From assembly GCA_965223545.1 (NCBI GenBank), contig OZ245006.1, positions 5,248,001 to 5,312,000 of the forward strand: a stretch of 64,000 nucleotides of DNA, written 5' to 3'. Position 1 is the stretch's first letter, and each line of letters starts with the position of its first letter. Source of the stretch: Planctomycetota bacterium. GTDB lineage: Bacteria; Planctomycetota; UBA1135; UBA2386. Position numbers and translations under genes: made by a program. This document shows positions 53,735 through 63,765 of the stretch, one piece after another. The notes below the pieces were generated by a model. The model ran no database searches, was not told the origin of the DNA, and saw only the letters and a program-made list of their open reading frames with translations.

Positions 53735-54397
53735 ATGTCCGATCGCCCTGAGTTCGTGCCGCTCGAGGATCCGTTCGTGCCGGCGGCGTCTGCCGAGACC
53801 GCGTCGGCGGAGCACTTCGCCATCATGCGGCGCCGCCGCTCCATCCGCGCGTTCTCCGATCGCCCCGTCAGCCGCGAGACGATCGAGAACCTGGTGCGCA
53901 TTGCCGGCAGCGCTCCGAGTGGCGCCAACAAGCAGCCATGGCGCTTCGTCTGCGTCCAGGATCCCGCCGTCAAGCGCGAGATCCGGCTGGGCGCCGAGCA
54001 AGAGGAGCGCGAGTTCTACAGCCGGCGCGCCAGCGCGCGGTGGCTGCGCGACCTCGCGCCGTTGGGCACCGACGAGCACAAGGAGTTCTTGGAGATCGCG
54101 CCTTGGCTGATCGTCGTGTTCAAGCTGATGCACGACGACGACGACGGGCAGGTCTACTACATCAACGAGTCGGTGGGCATCGCCGCGGGCATGCTGATCA
54201 CCGCGATCCACCTGGCCGGCTTGGCGACGCTCACCCACACGCCCAGTCCGATGAAGTTCCTGGGCCGCATCCTCGACCGCCCGGCGTTCGAGCGGCCGTT
54301 CTTGCTGCTGCCGGTGGGCTATCCGGCCGACGATTGTCAGGTGCCGGTGGCGGCGATCCGCCGCAAGCCGTTGGCGCAGATCATGACCGTCCGCTGA
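53735..54397 (+). CDS. Iodotyrosine deiodinase-like nitroreductase
   Basis: RRRRSIR.FS, APSGANKQPW, AEQEEREFY, K.FLE.AP, LTHTPSPM. Confidence 0.85.
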   Translation: MSDRPEFVPLEDPFVPAASAETASAEHFAIMRRRRSIRAFSDRPVSRETIENLVRIAGSAPSGANKQPWRFVCVQDPAVKREIRLGAEQEEREFYSRRASARWLRDLAPLGTDEHKEFLEIAPWLIVVFKLMHDDDDGQVYYINESVGIAAGMLITAIHLAGLATLTHTPSPMKFLGRILDRPAFERPFLLLPVGYPADDCQVPVAAIRRKPLAQIMTVR

Positions 54398-55862
54398 GCG
54401 GGTGCCACACGCCTTCGCGCTCGGTGGCGCGCCCCTGCTCGGCCAGCATCTGCAAGCCGGCGAGCAGCGAGCGCGCCGCGTAGGCGTGCAGCTCGGGCGC
54501 GACGTCGTCGTAGACCACCGGTAGCAGGTCCGCGACCCGGGTGGGTGCTTGCAGGGCAGCCTCGAGCTTGCGCTGCCGTGCGGCGCGGTGGCGCAGATAG
54601 TGCTCGAAGACGGGGCTACCCTGGCGGGCGGCGGGGCCATGCGCTGGATACAGCACGCCGACCTCGAGTTCGCGCAGTCGTTCGAGGCTGCTCAAGTAGG
54701 TGGCCAAGTGGCCGTCGGGTGGGTCGATGATGATGGTCGACACGGTCGACACCATGTCGCCGGCGACCAGGGCGCGGTAGCGGCTCTCCAGATAGCAGAG
54801 GTGTCCCGGCGCGTGGCCGGGAGTGAACACGGCGGTCAGATGGTGGTCGGGCGAACCGTCCGGTGCCGTGCCGAGCGCCACTCGGTCGCCGTCGTTCAGC
54901 GGCGCCCCGCGCGGAACCGGCGGCGCGAGGCGCGACAGCGTCTCCGCGTGGCCGCGCACGCGCCGGTCGAAGCGCCGGCAGATGGCGTCGACCCCGCCGA
55001 CGTGGTCGGGATGGTGGTGGGTGAGCAGCACCTCGCCGAGCGCACGGCCCTCGGCCAAGAGCTCCTCGACGAGCGTCGCCAACCGGTCCTGCTCGTCCGG
55101 GTCGGCGGCGGCGGGATCGATCACGCAGAAACGGTCCTCGCCGACGATCAGGCAATTGGTCGTCGTCGCCGGCGGCAGCGTTTCGGTGTGCAGGCTGGCC
55201 ATGATCACGCCGGGCGAGAACTGCACGCGGTGCAGCGCCCCGCGGCGGTAGCCGTCGGCGAGCGCGCGGCTGGCGGCCAGGAACTCGTCGACGGAGGCGT
55301 CGCACAGCTCCTGCAACAGGATGAGCACCGGGGGCACGATCGAGACCTCGCCGCGCCGCCACGCGGCGAGGGCGTCGGCGGGCCGCCAAAAACGACCTTC
55401 GGTGAGCTCCCCAGACCAGACCGACGGTGCCTGTTCGGGCGGCAAGTCGGCGAGCACGAACAGCGTGTCGTAGCGCACCGGGGAGAACGGGGGGGTGCGG
55501 ATGCGGCAGATGTCGGTGATCGGCAGCGGTCGACCGGCCTGCAGCAGAGTGCGCCAGCCATCGGCCGAGCCCTCCAGCAGTGCGCGGCGCACGAGTTCGC
55601 GTTCGTCTTCGTTCGCGTCGCAGTCGGCCAGCAGGACGCCGGTTTCCTCGAACAGCTCGCGCATCGCGCAGTGCCGCAGCGAGTCCTCGTCTCGTTCGCC
55701 GCCCAGCTCGTGGTCGACGGCGTCGCGGACGCCACCGGGCAGCGCCCAGTAGCCGCCGAAGAAACGGAGCTCCGGCGCTCGGCTCACCAGCAGGACCTCG
55801 CGGTCGGCGCCGTCGCCACGCAGCAAGACGACCGCGGCGGCGTCTCGGTTGCGGGTCTTCAT
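54381..55862 (-). CDS. Nudix hydrolase + LACTB2-like metallo-beta-lactamase fusion
   Basis: PGG..D and RELFEETG Nudix box, TLPPATTTN, THHHPDHVGG, TPGHAPGH, AGD, PAHG, C-terminal winged helix-like segment. Confidence 0.85.
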   Translation of the reverse strand: MKTRNRDAAAVVLLRGDGADREVLLVSRAPELRFFGGYWALPGGVRDAVDHELGGERDEDSLRHCAMRELFEETGVLLADCDANEDERELVRRALLEGSADGWRTLLQAGRPLPITDICRIRTPPFSPVRYDTLFVLADLPPEQAPSVWSGELTEGRFWRPADALAAWRRGEVSIVPPVLILLQELCDASVDEFLAASRALADGYRRGALHRVQFSPGVIMASLHTETLPPATTTNCLIVGEDRFCVIDPAAADPDEQDRLATLVEELLAEGRALGEVLLTHHHPDHVGGVDAICRRFDRRVRGHAETLSRLAPPVPRGAPLNDGDRVALGTAPDGSPDHHLTAVFTPGHAPGHLCYLESRYRALVAGDMVSTVSTIIIDPPDGHLATYLSSLERLRELEVGVLYPAHGPAARQGSPVFEHYLRHRAARQRKLEAALQAPTRVADLLPVVYDDVAPELHAYAARSLLAGLQMLAEQGRATEREGVWHPLSGRS

Positions 55863-57913
55863 GTGCGGACCTCTTCTGTGTAGTTCTGCACTCCGTGCCT
55901 CGGGCCGAGCACGACCAGTGCCATGCGGTCGGTCAGTCGCAGCTCTCCGTCGGGCAGGAAGCGGCGTTCGACGCCGTGCTCGTCGACTTCGATCACGACC
56001 AGCGGCAGCAGCCCGTGTCGTTCGAGCACGGGCTGACCCAGGCACGTTTGGCCGCGCAGCTCGGGGTGCACGGCCACGCGCGCCAGCTCGGTCTGCGGCG
56101 GCAGCTGGACGTAGGTGTCTTCGGCGGCGTCCTCGACCCGCAACCGCGCGCGCAGGTTGCGTTGCCCCAGCACTTGGTCGGTCAGCAGCGCGATGATGTC
56201 GCGGCGGGTGAGGCGGCCGACCAAGCGGTCGTCGCCGGGGCCGACCACGACCGGCAGCTCGTCGAGGTCGGGGTCGTCGAACAGCTCGAACACCTGCGCC
56301 AGTGTTTGCTCGGGATGCACGGCGGGGGCGGGGCGGGTGAGATCGCCGGCGATCACGATCGAGGCCAGCGTCGGGTCGTTGATGTAGGTCTTGATGTCGT
56401 GGATGTGGATGCGGCCGGCGAGCGATTCGGTCTCGTCCACGACGTAGATCGTGTCGCGGCGTTCGCCGGCGACCAGAGCCATGACCTCGCGGAAGGTGGC
56501 GGTGTAGATCAAGGACTGTGCGTCGGCGCGCATCACGTCGCGCACATAGTTGGTCTGCATCGCCAGAGCCTCGATGCCGCCGACCACGGTGTGGCCCTTC
56601 TCGCGCAGCTTGGCCATGAAGATCGAGTCCGGCTGCAGCATCCTCGCCATGAGGCTGGCGAGGATGCTGCAGATCATCACCGGCAGCACGAGCTCGTAGT
56701 TGCGCGTGAACTCGAACACCAGCAGCACGGCCGTGATCGGGGCGTGCGTCGTGGCGGCGACCAGGCCGGCCATGCCCACCAGCGCGAAGCCGGTGTGCAG
56801 GGCGGGTGAGCTGAGCTGGAGCCAGTGGTCGGGGAGCAGCAGCAGGATGCCGCTGGCGTAGCAGGAGCCGAGCGCGGCGCCGACGACCAGCGTGGGGGTG
56901 AACACGCCGCCGAGCGCGCCCGAGCCGATCGAGATGGACGTCGCCAGCGACTTCAGCACCATGATCAGGAGCAGCATGCCGACCGCGGTGTCGCCGCGCA
57001 GACTGATGATGTCGGTGACCACGGCTTGGCCGTTGCCCCAGACCTCGGGCCGCCAGATGCCGATCGCGCCGACGAGCGCCCCGCCGACCGGCAGCGCCAA
57101 CCACGGCGACCAAGCCAGGCGGCGAAAGGCGCGTCGCCCCTGTGCCAGCATCACGCGAAACCCCAGGGCGCCGACGGCGCAGATGCAGCCGAGCAGCACC
57201 GCGCAGCACACCAGGGTCGCGTCCATCATGCTGAGTTGGCTGACGGTCTCGACCTCGTACAGCGCGTGGCTGGCGATCTCCGGCCGCAGCGCGCGGTTGA
57301 CCAACGTGGCGATCACCGCGCTGACGACGATGGGCGCGAAGACGTCCATCGCGAAGTTGCCGAGCACGACCTCCATGACGAACAGCGCGCCGGCGATCGG
57401 CGCGTTGTAGGAGACCGCCATGCCGGCCGCGACGCCGCAGCCGAGCAGAACCGATCGGTCGCGGGAAGAGCAGCGGAACAGGCGGGCGAACGAGGATGCC
57501 GCGGTGGCGCCGAGCTGTGAGTTGGCGCTCTCGCGCCCGATGCTGCTGCCGGTGGCGATCGACGCGGCCGACGACAGAATCTGCTGGAGAGCGTGGCGCA
57601 GCCGGATGCCGCCCTTGCGAGTGATCACCAGATCCATCACGTCGCCGATGCCGAACGGCGCCGCGGTGTGGCGCAGGCCGAACAGGCAGGCGGCGGCCAG
57701 CAGCCCGCCGAGGGCTGGCACCACCACGCGTTGCCACGGCGTCAGCCGCTCGGCGGCTTCGAGCAGTGAGTCGCCCTCGACGACGCGCAGCAGCTGCCAC
57801 GCCTCGAGCAGACTCTGGAACAGGAAGCCCAGCAAACCACCCGCCGCGCCGACCGCGGCCGCGAGCAGGAACAGGCCGGCGGCCCGCGCGGGGGATCCCT
57901 TTGGCTTCGCCAT
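55859..57913 (-). CDS. CLC-family chloride channel/transporter with CBS pair and TrkA-C-like domain
   Basis: GSSIGRE, GVAAG, YNAPIAG, GGVFTP, HAPITA, two CBS domains, C-terminal RCK_C-like segment. Confidence 0.88.
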   Translation of the reverse strand: MAKPKGSPARAAGLFLLAAAVGAAGGLLGFLFQSLLEAWQLLRVVEGDSLLEAAERLTPWQRVVVPALGGLLAAACLFGLRHTAAPFGIGDVMDLVITRKGGIRLRHALQQILSSAASIATGSSIGRESANSQLGATAASSFARLFRCSSRDRSVLLGCGVAAGMAVSYNAPIAGALFVMEVVLGNFAMDVFAPIVVSAVIATLVNRALRPEIASHALYEVETVSQLSMMDATLVCCAVLLGCICAVGALGFRVMLAQGRRAFRRLAWSPWLALPVGGALVGAIGIWRPEVWGNGQAVVTDIISLRGDTAVGMLLLIMVLKSLATSISIGSGALGGVFTPTLVVGAALGSCYASGILLLLPDHWLQLSSPALHTGFALVGMAGLVAATTHAPITAVLLVFEFTRNYELVLPVMICSILASLMARMLQPDSIFMAKLREKGHTVVGGIEALAMQTNYVRDVMRADAQSLIYTATFREVMALVAGERRDTIYVVDETESLAGRIHIHDIKTYINDPTLASIVIAGDLTRPAPAVHPEQTLAQVFELFDDPDLDELPVVVGPGDDRLVGRLTRRDIIALLTDQVLGQRNLRARLRVEDAAEDTYVQLPPQTELARVAVHPELRGQTCLGQPVLERHGLLPLVVIEVDEHGVERRFLPDGELRLTDRMALVVLGPRHGVQNYTEEVRT

Positions 57914-57956
57914 GTGCCGGCGAGAAGCGTAGCGCGCCCGCGCGACCACGCACGCG

Positions 57957-58018
57957 TGATGGTACGGAGCCAGGCTCCGTACTGTCGAACTTGATGGTAC
58001 GGAGCCAGGCTCCGTACC
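57957..58018. repeat. Two tandem REP-like palindromes
   Basis: tgatggtacggagccaggctccgtac at 57957-57982 and 57992-58017; each contains the perfect palindrome gtacggagcc-a-ggctccgtac. Confidence 0.88.
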
Positions 58019-58024
58019 GCCGAA

Positions 58025-59446
58025 CTACTGGCTTGGGGTGCCGCAGCAGGTGGCGTGTGGCTCGGTGTCGGTGTGCTCGCCGCAGTTTTGGAGCTCGTCG
58101 ACGGGGACGCGCCGGTCGGCGCCGATGACGGCGGCGATCGCGCTGACGTGTCCCTCGTGGGGCTCTCCGACGATGAGGTCGGTCGGCGCGTCGGCGGGCA
58201 GCGCGCCACCACCCTCGGCGGTGAGCAGGCGGATCGATGGTTGGCGGAGGCTCGGGCCGGTGCCGACGACCAGGGCCTGCTCGCCGCGGTCGAGCTCGAC
58301 GCGCGTTCCAATCGGATACAGGCCCAGGGCGCGGACGAAGAAGCGCAGCCAGCGCGGGTCGAAGCCGTCGCGCATGCGGTGCATGATCACGTACGCCTCG
58401 ACCGGCGTCATCGGCGCCTTGTACGGACGTGCAGCGGTGAGCGCTTCGAAGACGTCGCAGACGCGCACCAGCTTGCTGACCCCGCTCGGCTCGAACGGCA
58501 GCGCGGGCGTCGGATAGCCGCTGCCGCCGGGTCCCATGTGGTGGCAGAAGGCGGCGCCCACCGCGATCGGATCGACGCCGTCCTGCTCGAGCAGGATCTC
58601 GCCGCCCAGCCGGGCGTGCTCGGCCATCACGCGGCGCTCGTCGTCGTCGAGGGCGCCGGTCTTGAACAGCACGTCCTGCGGAATGCGCGACTTACCGATG
58701 TCGTGCAGCAGCGCGGCGGTGCCGGCCTGCGTCAGCTGCCGGTCGCTCGCCCCCGCTGCCCGGGCGACGTGCAGAGCGAGCAGGGTCACCCGCACGGAGT
58801 GGCCGACGGTGAAGTTGTCGATGTCGTCGTGCATCGCCAGGGCCAAGAGCTCGCTCGGCGCGCGGCCCATCAGCGCCATGGTGCGGTCGACGACCGATGT
58901 CGCCTGGTCGAGCTCGATCTCGTCGCCGCGATAGGCGTTGACGTGGTTGTCCTGGAGGAAGCCCGACAACGCCTGATAGCTGGTCAGGCCGGCGTCGGTC
59001 TCGCCGTCCTCGGCATCGCGGCCGTCGCGCACGAGGACGCCCACGTTGTGGATGCCCAGCCGCGCCAGCGCCGGCTGCAGGTTGGTGGGGGCAAAAGCAG
59101 CGCTCTCACCGGGGTCCATCAGCAGCGCGAAGAAGCGCAGGATCTCGTCGTCTTCGGCCGAGGGCGCCAGCTCGAGCGCGTCGATGCCGCGCTCGGCCAG
59201 CAGGCGCAGCAGTGGCGTCGCCTGCAGGGTCGTGCGCAGCAGGGTGTTGCCCGCGCACGTCAGCCGGTCGCCGCGCCGCTCGAGGCGGATCGCGCCGCTC
59301 TCCTGCTGCAGCAGGTCGACGGCCGCGCGCACGGCTGCGCGCGACAGAGCGTGCGCGCTGTCGTGCATCTGCAGCTGCACCACCAGGTCGACGAGGGCGA
59401 CGCCCAGCTGATCGACGCGGCCGTGGTGGGTGAGGGCCGTGGTCAC
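58025..59446 (-). CDS. HD-GYP domain phosphodiesterase
   Basis: GHSVRV, LLHDIGK, HH....GSGYP, DVFEALT.ARPYK, FDP; GTG start overlapping upstream stop. Confidence 0.88.
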   Translation of the reverse strand: MTTALTHHGRVDQLGVALVDLVVQLQMHDSAHALSRAAVRAAVDLLQQESGAIRLERRGDRLTCAGNTLLRTTLQATPLLRLLAERGIDALELAPSAEDDEILRFFALLMDPGESAAFAPTNLQPALARLGIHNVGVLVRDGRDAEDGETDAGLTSYQALSGFLQDNHVNAYRGDEIELDQATSVVDRTMALMGRAPSELLALAMHDDIDNFTVGHSVRVTLLALHVARAAGASDRQLTQAGTAALLHDIGKSRIPQDVLFKTGALDDDERRVMAEHARLGGEILLEQDGVDPIAVGAAFCHHMGPGGSGYPTPALPFEPSGVSKLVRVCDVFEALTAARPYKAPMTPVEAYVIMHRMRDGFDPRWLRFFVRALGLYPIGTRVELDRGEQALVVGTGPSLRQPSIRLLTAEGGGALPADAPTDLIVGEPHEGHVSAIAAVIGADRRVPVDELQNCGEHTDTEPHATCCGTPSQ

Positions 59447-60021
59447 CGATCCTCCGCCTGCTCGGCGGCCCGCAGCGCGCGCTCGGCGGCAGCGTGCAGG
59501 GTGCGGAACAACAGCGGCATGTCCGGTCGCCCCATCGCCTCGGCCAGCAGCCCCACCAGCTCGCCCAACACCGTGGCGTCGACCCCGCGCCAGGCGGCGA
59601 GGTCGCGCATCGCCCCGCGCAGCTCGGCGGTGGCGCGTTGCCGCGCGACCCCGCCGCCGCGCATCGAGATGTCGGCCAGGATCCACAGCCGCTCTTCGCC
59701 CAGCCGTTCGTCGAGGGGCGGCGCTGGGGCGCACTCGATCTCGGTCGTCGCCGCCGCCAGCGCGCGCAGCTCGTCGGCGCGGATCGGCGCGTCTTTGGAG
59801 CGGCGGGCCGGTGGGTCCTCGCGCCACGCGACCGGCTCGGCGCCGAGGCTCATGTGCCGCAAGAAGACGCTGGTGACCGCTTGATCGAGGATCTCTGCCT
59901 CGACCGACGGATCGCAAGCCAAAGTCGCCAGTGGCGCTCCGGTGGCGTTGGTCACGGGCCTCGGACCGTCCGTTCCGGCGGTCGGTTCGCTGGCCGGTTG
60001 CTTGCGTCGCGGGCCTGCCAT
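59443..60021 (-). CDS. Hypothetical helical protein co-transcribed with HD-GYP gene
   Basis: GTGA overlap with downstream gene; plausible codon usage. Confidence 0.55.
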   Translation of the reverse strand: MAGPRRKQPASEPTAGTDGPRPVTNATGAPLATLACDPSVEAEILDQAVTSVFLRHMSLGAEPVAWREDPPARRSKDAPIRADELRALAAATTEIECAPAPPLDERLGEERLWILADISMRGGGVARQRATAELRGAMRDLAAWRGVDATVLGELVGLLAEAMGRPDMPLLFRTLHAAAERALRAAEQAEDR

Positions 60022-60213
60022 CCCGGTTCTCGCATCGGCCAGTGGGAAGGCCGCGGTTGACGGCGCCGCGGCGCGGCGTCCCAGAGCGGGACGCGCGACG
60101 CCTCAGAGCGGGGCCCGTGCTCGGAGCAGTGTCGCGAACTTCGACAGGGTTCGGCCAAAACGCTGGCCGCGGCGGCCGGTGGCTCGCGCATTGGCGTCAG
60201 CAGAGGAACCCAA

Positions 60214-61914
60214 ATGCAAGACCTTCGATCCCCCTTCGTCGCCGTCGCCGCGGCTCTCGCGGTCGCCTCTTCGGCCGCTTCGCAGACCTACTCGCGCGTG
60301 TACCGCGACGATACCCGAACCACCACGGTGGAAGCCGTCCGCCAGCTCGCCGATGGCAGTCTGGTGATGGCCGCCAACACGGATGGCAAGTACGCCGGGC
60401 TGGTGCGCATCGACGGCGGGGGCAACCCGGTCTGGCAGTTCACCTATGACGGACTGCCGAACGACCGCGGTCTGTTCTTCGACGTGCAGGAGAACGCGCT
60501 GCGCGACTTGATCGCGGTCGGCCACCGCGACTTCCACCCCTACTTCGGTGTGGTCTCATCGCAGACCGGCCAGCTGCGGCAGAGCTGGGAGACCAGTCAG
60601 GACCGCGGTTCGCTGCTGGCGGCGGTGCCGGACGCGACCGGCGGCTTCACCGCCACCGGTTGGATCACCGGCCCCCAAGGAGACGCCGACGTGCTCGTGG
60701 TGAAGGTCGACTTCAAGGGCAACGAGGTCTGGCAGCGCCGCATCGAGATCGCCGGTGGCGACGAGTTCGGCGATGCCATCCAGCACATCGGCGCCGACAC
60801 CTTGATCGTCGGCCGGACGGCGTCGGTCGGAGTCGGCGGCAACGACCTGTTGTTCCTGTTGGTCAACCAGTTCGGTGACACGATGTGGCAGCGGACGGTC
60901 GGCACGCAGGGCCAGGACGGCATCGCCGGTACGCCGGTGGTCGCGAAGAGCAGCGATGGCTCGTTCTTCGTCGTCGCCGGCCGGGACACCCAGGGCTCTC
61001 GGGGCGACGACGTCTGGCTTCTCAAGCTCAGCGCGAATGGCTCGGTGATGTGGGAAGTGCTGTTCGACGCCGGTGTCGATGCGCCGCGATCGGTGTGCGC
61101 GACCGCCGACGGCGGCTGCGCGATTCTGGCGGACACCAAGGCGGTCGGCAGCACCGACTCGGATCTGTGGCTGATCAAGGCGGACGCGCTTGGCGCGACC
61201 GAATGGGAGCGTCGCTACGGCAGTGCCGTGCCGGACACCGCGGTCGACCTGGTCGCCACGCGGGACGGCGGCTATGCCTGCGTGGCGCGCACCACGGGCT
61301 TCGGTGCGTCGCCCGCGCCGGGCAGCTGGGTGTGGACCCTGCGCCTGGACTCCCGCGGCCTGATCGGGCAGCGCTGCCACGTGGCGGCTTCCGTGGCGTC
61401 GCGCAACAGCGGCTGGATCCGCACTGGCACCACCATCTCCACCACGGTGGGAGCGGCGATCCCGGTGGTCGGTGGCTTCGGGCTGTCGTTCCTGATCGAC
61501 GGCTTCCCCACGCTCATCGAGGCGGTGCAGTGCGCCACCAATGGCGGCGCGTGGACCGATCTCGCCAACGCGACGCCAGGCACCGGCGGGGCGCCCGAGC
61601 TGGCCGGCTCGGGCACGATGTGGCCGGGGACGCGCTTGAACTTGGTGCTCAACGGAGGCTTGCCGGCCACGCCGGGCGTGCTGCTGCTCGGCACCCAGAC
61701 CGCCTACGTGCCCGCTGCGGGGATGACGATCGTGCCGCTGCCGGCGGCGACGGTGCCGCTGCCGGCGGTGCCGGCCAACGGCCACACCACTTGGGGTTTC
61801 ACTTGGCCGCCGGGCGCCCCCGCCGGCCTCGAGATCTTCAGCCAAGTGCTGCTGGTGGATCCGGCCGGTCCGCAGGGCTTCGCCGCCACCAATGGCGTGC
61901 GCGGCCGCAGCTGA
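60214..61914 (+). CDS. Secreted beta-propeller-like repeat protein with C-terminal beta domain
   Basis: Signal peptide, repeats D.(W/L)(L/V)(I/L/V)K.D..G...W.R, tail GLEIFSQVLLVDP..QGFAATNG; AGAGGA RBS. Confidence 0.78.
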   Translation: MQDLRSPFVAVAAALAVASSAASQTYSRVYRDDTRTTTVEAVRQLADGSLVMAANTDGKYAGLVRIDGGGNPVWQFTYDGLPNDRGLFFDVQENALRDLIAVGHRDFHPYFGVVSSQTGQLRQSWETSQDRGSLLAAVPDATGGFTATGWITGPQGDADVLVVKVDFKGNEVWQRRIEIAGGDEFGDAIQHIGADTLIVGRTASVGVGGNDLLFLLVNQFGDTMWQRTVGTQGQDGIAGTPVVAKSSDGSFFVVAGRDTQGSRGDDVWLLKLSANGSVMWEVLFDAGVDAPRSVCATADGGCAILADTKAVGSTDSDLWLIKADALGATEWERRYGSAVPDTAVDLVATRDGGYACVARTTGFGASPAPGSWVWTLRLDSRGLIGQRCHVAASVASRNSGWIRTGTTISTTVGAAIPVVGGFGLSFLIDGFPTLIEAVQCATNGGAWTDLANATPGTGGAPELAGSGTMWPGTRLNLVLNGGLPATPGVLLLGTQTAYVPAAGMTIVPLPAATVPLPAVPANGHTTWGFTWPPGAPAGLEIFSQVLLVDPAGPQGFAATNGVRGRS

Positions 61915-61930
61915 CGCTGCCGGGCGGCCA

Positions 61931-63616
61931 CTACAGCCGGATCTCGTGCGCGTCGGTGGCCGCGAACACTCCGTTCGCCGGGGCCGGCAGTCCCAGGCTC
62001 GCCGGCGCCGCTCCCGGCAGCGCCAGCGTCTGGAAGAACAGGCTGACCCCACTCAAGCCCGCGGGAACCGGCATCGCCCAGCGCCAGCCGCCGGGCAGGA
62101 CGAGGGCGCCGCTGAACGGCGAGCCAGTGCCGTTGGCCAGCGGGATCAGGAAGCCCGGGTCGAGCGCGAAGCCGGGAATCGTCGGCGCCGGCAGCCCCGT
62201 CGCGGTCAGTGTCGGGGACGCCAGCAACAGCAGCGGAGCGTAGTCGAACGTGCCCTGTGGTGAGTGCACGTGCAGGGTCAGCAGCTCGCCGGCGGCACCG
62301 TTCTTGACGTCGTGCAGCGGGCCGCCGCTGAACAGCGGCGCCGCCGAAGGCCCGTGGACCGCGGACAGTAGCTCGAAGTCCTCGGCGGTGCCCGGGTAGT
62401 TGCCGCGGCGCGGCGTGATGTTGCGGTGATGGGCGAAGCCCTCCGGTCCGCCGCCGCGGTAGAGGCCGAACACGAGGTCGGTCCGCGAATCGCGATCGAA
62501 GTCGGCGGCCACCACCGCGAAGCCCTCGGCCGTGGGCGTCGAGATCGTCATCGGCACCACGCCGCCCGCCAGCCCGGACCCGGTGCAGCCGAGGGGGTCG
62601 AAGCAGCCGCGGCCGTCATTGAACCAGAGGTTGGCCCCGCCAACCCGTTGGATCGCGACGATCAGGTCCAGGTCGCCGTCACCGTCGAGGTCGCCGGGCG
62701 CGATGTCCTGCGCCCACTGGGTGGGCGCGTCGTAGCGCTGTGGGATGAAGCTGCCGCGGCCGGCGTTGATCAGTACGACCATCGGAGCGGGCGTGCCGGT
62801 CGAGAAACCGACCGCCGCGCCGGCGATGTCGTCCCGGCCGTCGCCGTCGAAGTCCGCCACCGCGAGGCGAGCGATGCCCGTGTGGCCCACCGCGATCGCC
62901 ACCGGGGCGGCGAAGCCGCCGCTGCCGTCGTTCGCGCGGGAGTAGAAGGTGCCCAAGTGCACCTGGATGATGTCCGGGGTGCCGTCGTCGTTGGCGTCGC
63001 CGATCACGATCTCCGGCGCTGTGGTCGAGCCGCCGAAGGTGGGGCCCGCGGATGTGATCGTGGCGAACAGGCTGGCGCCCGGGCCGCCGCGGGCCAGCAG
63101 GGCGGCGCCGAACCCGTCGGCGGCGACGACGTCGTCGATGCCGTCCCGGTCGAGGTCGGCCACCGCCAACCGCGAGCAGTTGGTCGACAGAGTGAACTCC
63201 GTGGGGCTGCCCAGCGCGAAGCTGCCCGAGCCATCGCCGAGATAGGCGCGGAGTCTGCGCGCGCGCGGGATCACGGTGATCAGGTCGAGGTGCCCGTCTC
63301 CATCGACGTCGCCGTGGCCGATGTCGCCGACGTCTTCGGTCAGGGTGCTGGCGGCGGCGCCGAAGTTGCCGTTGCCGTCATTGAGGACCACCGACAGGCC
63401 GGCGCGCGCGCCCGTGGTCCCCCACGTGCCGCCAAAGGCGAGGTCGACGGCGCCGTCGCCGTTCCAATCGCCGGCGGTCGCGCGCGGATAGCCGGTGGGC
63501 AGGGTGCGCTCGATGGGCGCGGCGAAGGTGGCGGTGCCGGCCTGAGCCATCGCGCCGGCCGCCGAGACGTGAAGCGCGCAGAGCAGCGCGACGGTACCGT
63601 TCGTGTTTCGATGCAT
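61931..63616 (-). CDS. Secreted FG-GAP/VCBS repeat protein with C-terminal beta domain
   Basis: Signal peptide; GDWNGDGAVDL, GDVDGDGHLDL, ADLDRDGIDD, GDANDDGTPD, ADFDGDGRDD, GDLDGDGDLDL, ADFDRDSRTDL. Confidence 0.85.
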   Translation of the reverse strand: MHRNTNGTVALLCALHVSAAGAMAQAGTATFAAPIERTLPTGYPRATAGDWNGDGAVDLAFGGTWGTTGARAGLSVVLNDGNGNFGAAASTLTEDVGDIGHGDVDGDGHLDLITVIPRARRLRAYLGDGSGSFALGSPTEFTLSTNCSRLAVADLDRDGIDDVVAADGFGAALLARGGPGASLFATITSAGPTFGGSTTAPEIVIGDANDDGTPDIIQVHLGTFYSRANDGSGGFAAPVAIAVGHTGIARLAVADFDGDGRDDIAGAAVGFSTGTPAPMVVLINAGRGSFIPQRYDAPTQWAQDIAPGDLDGDGDLDLIVAIQRVGGANLWFNDGRGCFDPLGCTGSGLAGGVVPMTISTPTAEGFAVVAADFDRDSRTDLVFGLYRGGGPEGFAHHRNITPRRGNYPGTAEDFELLSAVHGPSAAPLFSGGPLHDVKNGAAGELLTLHVHSPQGTFDYAPLLLLASPTLTATGLPAPTIPGFALDPGFLIPLANGTGSPFSGALVLPGGWRWAMPVPAGLSGVSLFFQTLALPGAAPASLGLPAPANGVFAATDAHEIRL

Positions 63617-63765
63617 GCGTTGAGTTCGGGATCGGGTCGGGGTCGTTCTCCGTGCGATCGGGCGTGCGGCGACGCGCACCGATTTTCTGGATTTTCCACG
63701 CCCACGCGTTGGCCCCGCCGGCGGCGGCGGCGGTCCAGGCATACAATCCACCGTAAGGCGCCCCC

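Noticed and set aside
55859..57913. Fluoride-specific CLC-F
   Set aside because: Lacks the GNNLI/GREGT/GEVTP signatures.
54381..57953. 1190-aa ORF as a single protein
   Set aside because: The upstream part is an alternate frame over the CLC gene; the Nudix-MBL protein starts at 55862.
57957..58018. Mini CRISPR array
   Set aside because: Only two 26-nt repeats 9 nt apart, no cas genes, and the motif recurs singly elsewhere like a REP.
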